Of a stretch of DNA of 64,000 nucleotides, positions 17,775-25,300 are shown in pieces (the stretch's first letter is position 1; every line of letters starts with the position of its first letter). The stretch lies in the NCBI GenBank assembly GCA_038998335.1, contig JAVZHQ010000001.1:594165-658164 (forward strand), read 5' to 3'. The stretch is from Candidatus Aenigmatarchaeota archaeon. GTDB lineage: Archaea; Aenigmatarchaeota; Aenigmatarchaeia; CG10238-14; SCSR01. Made by a program: the position numbers and the translations under genes. Under the pieces are notes generated by a model, which saw nothing but the letters and a program-made list of their open reading frames with translations, was not told the DNA's origin and searched no databases.

Positions 17775-19463
17775 CTATTTATTTGTCTTCTTTTCCTTAT
17801 ATTTTAAAGGTAGCGTAAAGTAAAAAGTAGTTCCTTTTCCTACCTCACTATCAAACCATATTCTACCTCCTAAAAGCTCTACAAGCTCTTTACATATAGA
17901 AAGACCTAAGCCACTTCCTTTAGCTTTTCTTGTGTAAGGTGAAGAAACCTGAAAGAATCTTGTGAAAATTTTATTGAAATGTTCTTTTGGTATACCTATA
18001 CCAGTATCCGAAACACTAAACTTTATTTCATCGCCTTCTTTCTCAGCTTTAATCGTTATTCCACCTTTTTCTGTGTATTTTATTGAATTACTAACTAGGT
18101 TCAACAATATTCTTTTCAGCTTTTCCCTGTCAGTCAGTACATTTGATATTCCTTTTTCAACTTCAACATTTAGGTATAGGCTCTTTTCTTTAGCAAGTTC
18201 AATCATTTCATTTTTCACGTCATTCAAAATCTCATTTATGTTTACTTCTTCAACAAAAACTTTTATCGTTCCTAAATCTATTCTTGATAAATCTAAAATA
18301 TCTGTAATAAGAGCGCTTAACCTTTTAATTTCATCTTCAATGATTTTAAGGTATCTTAAACGCTTCTCTTTGTCTTTGATTATCTCTTCATCCTTCAAGA
18401 GCTGAGCAAACCCTGAAATTGCAGTCATGGGAGTTTTGAGCTCGTGAGCAGCTATTGAAATAAACCTGTCTTTTTCCACATCTAGCTTCTTGAGTTCCAT
18501 ATAACTTTTTTTCAATTTTTTCTGAGCTTCGAGAAGCTTTTTGTTCGTTTCGTTCAAATCTTCCATCATATTCATTAGAGCAATCTTAGTTTCTGTCAAT
18601 TCTTTTACCTTCTCGTTCAGTTCTTTCGTTCTTTCTCTTACAGTCTTTTCTAATTCTTTTTGGTGAGACTCGATCTTTCTTTTAAACTCTAGAAGTTTCT
18701 TTGACATCTCGTTAAAATGTAAAGCTAACTTTCCAAGTTCATCCTTACTTTTTACTTCTATCGTTAACCCAAACTCACCTTCAGCTATTCTGGTTGTAGC
18801 TTCCTCAAACTTACTTATTGGGTCTAAAATGCTTTTAGCCACCAAGAAAGAATAAACCAAACTTGAAGTTGTTAAAAGAGCGATTACCATAATTGATATC
18901 AAAATATTTAGAAAGTGAAAGTTTTCTAATTCTTCTGACGCTTCTAGAGTTTTCTTTTCTACTTCTTTCGAGAGCAAATCCAGTTTTGATAAGATTGCAT
19001 TTTCTAGTAAAGAATCTATTCTATTCTTCTTAATGTTTAGAGTTTCTGTATCTTCTGGGTTGCTTTTGTAGTAATTTATTAGATTGTCTGTCAGCAGAAA
19101 ATAAGAGCTGAAAGAACTTTTCAGCTCTTCTAGCATTTCATTTTTTTCCATAAACTTACTTTCGAGAAGAAAAATCTGGTTTTCAGTTTTATTCATTAAA
19201 TTTTTCATAGATTGAAGATAAACTTCACTGTTTGTGAAAAGATACTCGTCCAAATTTAACCTGTAAGTTAGGGATAAAATTTTCAAGTAATCTATCGAAC
19301 TTAAAAGAAACTCATATTCATGAATTACTAGGTTTGTAGTTTGATGAGCTTTTTGAACTAAAAAATTATTTACAGAAGTTAAAACTAAAACCGACAGGAT
19401 AAAAATTAGTGAGAATAAAATTAACTTCCTTCTTATGGTTAAGTATGGTTTTATTCTAACCAT
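17775..19463 (-). CDS. Membrane sensor histidine kinase (2 TM, helical periplasm-like sensor, HAMP, HisKA, HATPase_c)
   Basis: H-box SIAAHELKTPMTAISGFAQLL. HAMP-like ISKFEEATTRIAEGEFGLTIEVKSKDELGKLALHFNEMSKKL. N-box LVSNSIKYT. G-boxes VSDTGIGIP and GSGLGLSICKELVELLGGRIW. Confidence 0.92.
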   Translation of the reverse strand: MVRIKPYLTIRRKLILFSLIFILSVLVLTSVNNFLVQKAHQTTNLVIHEYEFLLSSIDYLKILSLTYRLNLDEYLFTNSEVYLQSMKNLMNKTENQIFLLESKFMEKNEMLEELKSSFSSYFLLTDNLINYYKSNPEDTETLNIKKNRIDSLLENAILSKLDLLSKEVEKKTLEASEELENFHFLNILISIMVIALLTTSSLVYSFLVAKSILDPISKFEEATTRIAEGEFGLTIEVKSKDELGKLALHFNEMSKKLLEFKRKIESHQKELEKTVRERTKELNEKVKELTETKIALMNMMEDLNETNKKLLEAQKKLKKSYMELKKLDVEKDRFISIAAHELKTPMTAISGFAQLLKDEEIIKDKEKRLRYLKIIEDEIKRLSALITDILDLSRIDLGTIKVFVEEVNINEILNDVKNEMIELAKEKSLYLNVEVEKGISNVLTDREKLKRILLNLVSNSIKYTEKGGITIKAEKEGDEIKFSVSDTGIGIPKEHFNKIFTRFFQVSSPYTRKAKGSGLGLSICKELVELLGGRIWFDSEVGKGTTFYFTLPLKYKEKKTNK

Positions 19464-21031
19464 ACTCCATAGAACTCCTCGTCAGAACCCTGAACAGGGC
19501 AATAATTAAACCCTTTAACTTTTTTGCTCATAACATGAAAGTCTAGGGGAGAAACTCCAAAGATGTTTGGAGCATCTTCAACTATTATTTCCTGTGCTTT
19601 AAAGTATAATTCTCTTCTTTTTTCTTTGTCCAAAGTTCCTAAAGCTTCTTCCAGTATTTTATCTACTTCAGAATTTTTATAATGCCCTGGGTTTGTCCAC
19701 TCGCCAGCAGTTGAAGAGTGATAAGCTGACCACAAATAGTTGTTTGGGTCTGGATAAGCTGAACTAGAATAAAGTGGAAACATATCTGGCGAGGTTTTTG
19801 GGTCTTTAAATGAATTCACAGCATCGGCCCAACTCATAGGAATTATGTTTACAGTTATGTTTAACTCAGCAAGTTGTTTTTTTAGCAGCAAACCAACTGC
19901 TTTTTCTTCTTCCAAACCAGCAACATAAACATAATCCAAAGAAAAACCGCCATTTGGCCAAGGAGATTTTGCTAATTCTTCCCTTGCCTTAGTCATGTTT
20001 AACCTGTAAACGTTTAGATTTTCGTTTACCCACTCGCTTGGTGGCAAAGGCCCTTTAAGTAATTTTGCTCTTCCAACCCACAATTTTTCCAGAGCATCGT
20101 AATCAAAAGCATAAGATATTGCTTTTCTTACATGCTTGTTAGAAGTTGGTCCATACTGATTGTTCATTTTTATTTCAAAAGTATGGATTGCTGGTTCTTC
20201 CACTAATAAGAATCCATAAGCATCTCTCAAAAGAACTTGATCTTCAGGAGAAACCCAATCAATTATGTGGACCTCTTCCTTAACCAAAGCGTTAATTCTT
20301 TCAGAAGACTCTTTTATAACTTTTCTTGTAAATCCTTTTAGTCTTTTTTCAGACCATCCTTTCCAGTAGTTTTCAAAAGCCTCAAACTCATAGACTTGAC
20401 CAGGAATGAAATTTTTAATGGTAAACGGGCCAGAACCTGCTTCATGGGAAGCAAGCCAACTCTGACCAAAATCTTCGCCCTTATGCTCCTCAACAATTTT
20501 TGGATTAACTATAAACAACCAAGGTATAATATCAAGAAAAGGTGCAAAAGGCTTAAGAAGCTTAATCCTAACTGTGTAGTTGTCAGGAGTTTCTATACCA
20601 CTTTCGTTCACTATTCCTTTAAACATGTAAGCAGGACCTTTACCTATTTTTAAAAGTCTTTCCAAAGAATACTTTACAGCGTAAGAGGTTACTGGCGAGC
20701 CGTCATGAAAATAGGCATCTTTTCTTAAGTGAAAAATCCAAGTTGTCCCGTTGTCTAAAACTTCATGACTTTCTGCAAGCCAAGGAATAACTCTTGGTGG
20801 GTTGTCAACATGCCTGTATAGATTATCGTAAAGATTTTTTAATGTACTACTTATTGCTTCATCAAACCCAACAGCAGGGTCTATGGTGTACAAGTCAACA
20901 GCAGAACCTATGAAAAGAATTTTCTCTTCTGTTCTTTTTTCCTCAACTCTTTCCTCGTGCCTAAAAGTAAAAAATGCAAGTAAAACGATTGTTACAACTA
21001 TTAAAACTAACACTAATGCTAACTTCTTCAT
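19451..21031 (-). CDS. Family-5 solute-binding protein (DppA/OppA-like SBP) with N-terminal anchor
   Basis: IGSAVDLYTIDPAVGFDEAISSTLKNLYDNLYR...PWLAESHEVLDNGTTWIFHLRKDAYFHDGSPVTSYAVKYSLERLL is a typical SBP_bac_5 signature. Overlaps the HK start by 13 nt and the PAS gene stop by 4 nt. Confidence 0.85.
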   Translation of the reverse strand: MKKLALVLVLIVVTIVLLAFFTFRHEERVEEKRTEEKILFIGSAVDLYTIDPAVGFDEAISSTLKNLYDNLYRHVDNPPRVIPWLAESHEVLDNGTTWIFHLRKDAYFHDGSPVTSYAVKYSLERLLKIGKGPAYMFKGIVNESGIETPDNYTVRIKLLKPFAPFLDIIPWLFIVNPKIVEEHKGEDFGQSWLASHEAGSGPFTIKNFIPGQVYEFEAFENYWKGWSEKRLKGFTRKVIKESSERINALVKEEVHIIDWVSPEDQVLLRDAYGFLLVEEPAIHTFEIKMNNQYGPTSNKHVRKAISYAFDYDALEKLWVGRAKLLKGPLPPSEWVNENLNVYRLNMTKAREELAKSPWPNGGFSLDYVYVAGLEEEKAVGLLLKKQLAELNITVNIIPMSWADAVNSFKDPKTSPDMFPLYSSSAYPDPNNYLWSAYHSSTAGEWTNPGHYKNSEVDKILEEALGTLDKEKRRELYFKAQEIIVEDAPNIFGVSPLDFHVMSKKVKGFNYCPVQGSDEEFYGVWLE

Positions 21032-22317
21032 TCTTTCACTCTAAGTTTTTCCTCCAGCTCTTTTATTCTTTTTTTCAGTTCAACCATTTTCAACTCTCTC
21101 CCAACTGCAAACTTTTTGAATTTCTCAAGCTCTTTTATTTTTTCCTGAAGATTTTTGTTCAGCTCTTCCAGCTTTTCCTCATAACTTTTTCTTTCTGTTA
21201 TATCTCTTACAACACTTACCCATCCGATTCTATTTCCCTTTTCATCTTTTAACGGGAAAACTGAATGCTCGGTCGGAAAAATTTCTCCATTTTTCCTTTT
21301 CATCCTAAACTCGAAGTTTGTTAAACTTCCTTTCTTTTCTATTGTCTGGTACAAAACTTTTTGGAATTCTAGCAAGGTTTCTTTGCTTACATGTAAAAAC
21401 TCTGTTGTCTTACCTATCATCTCTTCCTTTTTATAACCAAAGATTTTACTAGCAGCTGGATTGCAATCAATAATAGTTGGTGGTTTTTTACTGCCAAGAA
21501 TGAATACGGCACAATCCAAGCTTAAGAAAATTTTTTCTAAGAGTTCTTTAGATTTCCTAATTTCTTCTTCTACTTTCTTTCTAAAAGTTATGTCTCGAAT
21601 TATTACCATATCGCCTACTATTTTTCCTTTCTCTTTTATGGGAACTGCGTTAATTTCACCTATGAGTATTTCTCCGTTTTTCTTTATCACTTCAACATCG
21701 TAAGGTTTAATCTCAAACCCAGCCATTCTCTTGAGAAAGTTCTTGTAAGTTATCAAGATACTTTTTTTGGTTAAAACTCCTGCTTCAGTAAACTTTTTTC
21801 CTATCAAGTCCTCTTTTTTATAACCCAAAAGCTCTTCAACTTTTTTATTTATTTCTATAAACCTTCCTTTTCTGTCAAGAATAACAATAGGGTCAACAGC
21901 AAGTTCAAAAAGATCTCTGTACTTTTCCTCAGATTTCTTAATTTCTTCTTCCATCTCTTTTTTCTCAGTCAAATCACTTATCACAACTAATTTTCCGATG
22001 AGCTTTCCTTCAGAAAAATAAGGCACAGAATAACCTTCAAAAAACCTTCCGTCCTTGGTTTCTATTGAACCTTCCACCCTTTCTTTTGAAATTAAAACCT
22101 TTTTAATTAAATCTTCAAACTTGTCAGGATTTTTTACTTTTTTAGAAGCAACCTTGAGAAAATCTTTAAGATTTCCAGATTTAAGCACTTCTTCCTCAAT
22201 CCTAAACATCTCTAAAAACTTTTTGTTGTGGTGAATTATTTTTCCTTCTGAATCAACAAAGACTACAGCCTCGTTAAGCAGATTACACATTTCATTTAAA
22301 AACTCTTTTTCAACCAT
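21028..22317 (-). CDS. Cytoplasmic triple-PAS domain protein with C-terminal coiled coil (no kinase domain)
   Basis: Three PAS-like repeats each end in D(I/L)T(E/F)(K/R)K: SDLTEKKEMEEE, RDITFRKKVEEE, RDITERKSYEEK. First gene of a tightly overlapped 4-gene operon. Confidence 0.8.
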   Translation of the reverse strand: MVEKEFLNEMCNLLNEAVVFVDSEGKIIHHNKKFLEMFRIEEEVLKSGNLKDFLKVASKKVKNPDKFEDLIKKVLISKERVEGSIETKDGRFFEGYSVPYFSEGKLIGKLVVISDLTEKKEMEEEIKKSEEKYRDLFELAVDPIVILDRKGRFIEINKKVEELLGYKKEDLIGKKFTEAGVLTKKSILITYKNFLKRMAGFEIKPYDVEVIKKNGEILIGEINAVPIKEKGKIVGDMVIIRDITFRKKVEEEIRKSKELLEKIFLSLDCAVFILGSKKPPTIIDCNPAASKIFGYKKEEMIGKTTEFLHVSKETLLEFQKVLYQTIEKKGSLTNFEFRMKRKNGEIFPTEHSVFPLKDEKGNRIGWVSVVRDITERKSYEEKLEELNKNLQEKIKELEKFKKFAVGRELKMVELKKRIKELEEKLRVKE

Positions 22318-22398
22318 CCTCTCTAATATAAGTTTAAGAATTTTCTGTGTTTATTTTTAATCCTTAACTAAAAATAATTCGTTTTCCAATAATTAATT

Positions 22399-25300
22399 AT
22401 GGAAAAAAGGATTTTTTACGCTCTTCTATTAGCTTTACCCTTAATTTTTTCTATCCTTTATTTTTCTGGTTTTCTTAAATTGACAGGCTTTTTTGTTGGT
22501 TTTGGCCAGCCTGCAAGTGAATTCAAATGGTGGAACATTTCCTGGCATTATAGGGTAAGACTAGAAGTTAACACTTCTTCTTTTGAAAGAAAAAACTGGC
22601 CGGTAGAGTATAAAATAAACTTTACTGACTTGCTTCCCTATGGAAGTTTTGACGAGAACTCCACAAGAGTAATCGAATACAGCCAGGAAGGAGAGCTTTT
22701 AGGCGAGGTTCCAAGCCAGTTTGAAAAAGATGATGATTTTAACTCAGAAAATAACGCTTTAGGTACTTTAGTCTTTTTCTTGAACGGTAGCAATCCAGCA
22801 AACACAAAAAGAATATTCTTTGTCTATTATGATATTTTGGAAAACGGACCAAAAGAAAAAAGAGAATACCCTTCAAGCATAAGCTATTTTTGGGATGGTG
22901 AAGAGCTTAACGTTAACGCTTCTGGTCTTTCCTACTGGATAGACACTTTAAGAGGAGAAAACACTTCTGGTTTATATAGAGTAAGGGGAATCGCTTCTCA
23001 GCAGGATATTTGGTCTATTCCAGACGAAACAAAAAGAACAATAGAGTATTCTCAATACTCAAATGGGAGCAATAACCTTAGCTTTGATTTCAAACACAAC
23101 ATGAGCCTAAAATTTTCAGGTCCAGTTAGGCTAGTTTTTGAGCAGAAAGGTTATGAAACCCTTTGGAATTCTGAAGAAAGAACAAACGAGGGTTTTATGA
23201 TAAAAAGGTATTACTTTTACGATTTTGGTCTAGATGAAGAAAAATGGATAAAGATTGAAACTATTTTCAAAAATTTAGCATCTTACGAAATAGAAAGAAA
23301 CTCAACTTTTGCAGGAGCCTTAGGCTTAGATGCATCAAGGGCTTTTGGCTCAAGCTGGCAGTCTGCTTTTGGGAATACAAGCTATCCTGGATGGTGGTAT
23401 GCTTCTGATTTTTATAGTAGCTTCCACACAGGAATAATTCATTTTAACAGAAGCGTAGAGAATTTCTTTATTCAAAACAGTAGTTCAAAGGATAGAATTG
23501 GAATAGAGCTTAATTTAACTTCCATTCCTCCAGGAAGCTCTATTTCAACAATAGCAATTCTTCACTTTAACGATACTTCAGGAGACTATACTCAAGTTAG
23601 AGAATTGAGAAACAAAATAGAAAATCCAGAGATAATTATCCAATTCCTTCCAGAAGCTTGGTATGTTGAAATTATTCCTTCAACCAACTTTTCAATCTAC
23701 AACAGGAATGAAAGCATTTTAATAAAAGCAAACATTTCTTTAGGCGACCCTTACAACTTAACAAAATTTATTAACGCTACTCTTGACATGGGAACTTCTT
23801 CTGAAGCTGACGACCAAACTATAATTTTATACGATGATGGAAGCCATGAAGATGAAGTAGCTAACGATAAAGTTTTTACTAACTCTTTTGTTTTACCAAA
23901 CAACGCACAAGTAGGAATATGGACGATTAACTTTACTGCTTACTCAGAAGATCTTAAGTTCCTCAACTCAACTCTTTTAAGCTTTAACGTTACTGATGTT
24001 TTAAACGTAAGTGTAGTAGTCTTGAACAAAAAACCTATGGTAAATTCTTTGGTAGTAGCAAACGTTTACGTGAAAAATTACAGACAAGATTCTTGGATTG
24101 CGGGAGCAGAAATAAACTGCACCTATGACTCTTCTGAAGTTTTAAACAAAACAGATTACAATAACGGAACTTATTCAGTTAACTTTACTGCTCCTTCAGA
24201 AGAAGGAGTTTATTATTTATTTTGCAACGCAACAAAAAACGGAAACTTTGGTAATAATTCAGATAGCTTTACAACAGAACCAGGAAAAACAAACTTGACA
24301 ATAACAGCTGAACCTTCAAACCCAATTGTTTATAACATAACTTTATACCGAAACCAAAGCTTTGCTATTCTCGCAAACGCAACAAACTACGGAAATGGAA
24401 CTGCTTATTCTACAAACATAAGCTTAGAGCTTCTTAATGGCTGGACTGCAAACTCAACTCTTGAAGAATGCGGAGATATAGAAAAGCAAACTTTTTGTTT
24501 AAAATCTTTTAACATTACTGTTCCTAATGCTACGCCTCCTGGAGATTATTATATAAACGTTAGCGTTGCATGGAGAAACCCTGACACTACAATTTCTATC
24601 AACAAAACTGAAGTAAAGGTTACTGTTGCTTCAAATCCTTTGATTAATATTAGCGAAGAAAAAGTTTCTGGTGAAGCAGGAGATGGAATTTGGAACTTGA
24701 TTGGCAACTTTACTATTCTTTCAATAGGAAATGATAAACTAGAAAACATAAGTTTTAGTTGTTATTTTGGTAGAGTGTGTAGTGATTTTGAAGTTGAGTT
24801 TATTCCAAGTAATGTTTCTGTTATTCCTGCTGGTTCTAATTATAGTGTAGCTATTAATGTTTCAGTACCCCTAGGATATCCTAATGGAACCTATACTGGA
24901 ATTGTAAATGTTTCTTCTGAGAATGATGGGTTTGATAGTTTTGAAATAGAAATAAATATTCCGCCTAAAACTACTGTTAACGTTTCAACAAGCATAGCAA
25001 ACTACACAGCAAAAAATATAACTCAAAAAGATAATGAAACGTTTTCTTTTGAAACTAGTGCAACAAACATAGGAAAAACAAGCGCAAGAAGCTTAAACTT
25101 AAGCTTGGAACTGCCAACAAGCTGGAAAGCAAACTTAACTTTTGAAAGCTGCAACAATTTAACAAAAGACGAATCCTGCTTAAAATCTTTTAGCATTACT
25201 GTTCCTAATGCTACGCCTCCTGGAGATTATTATATAAACGTTACTGCAAACTGGACTAACTTGGACAATTCTATAGGAACAAACAAAACATCGTTAAGAG

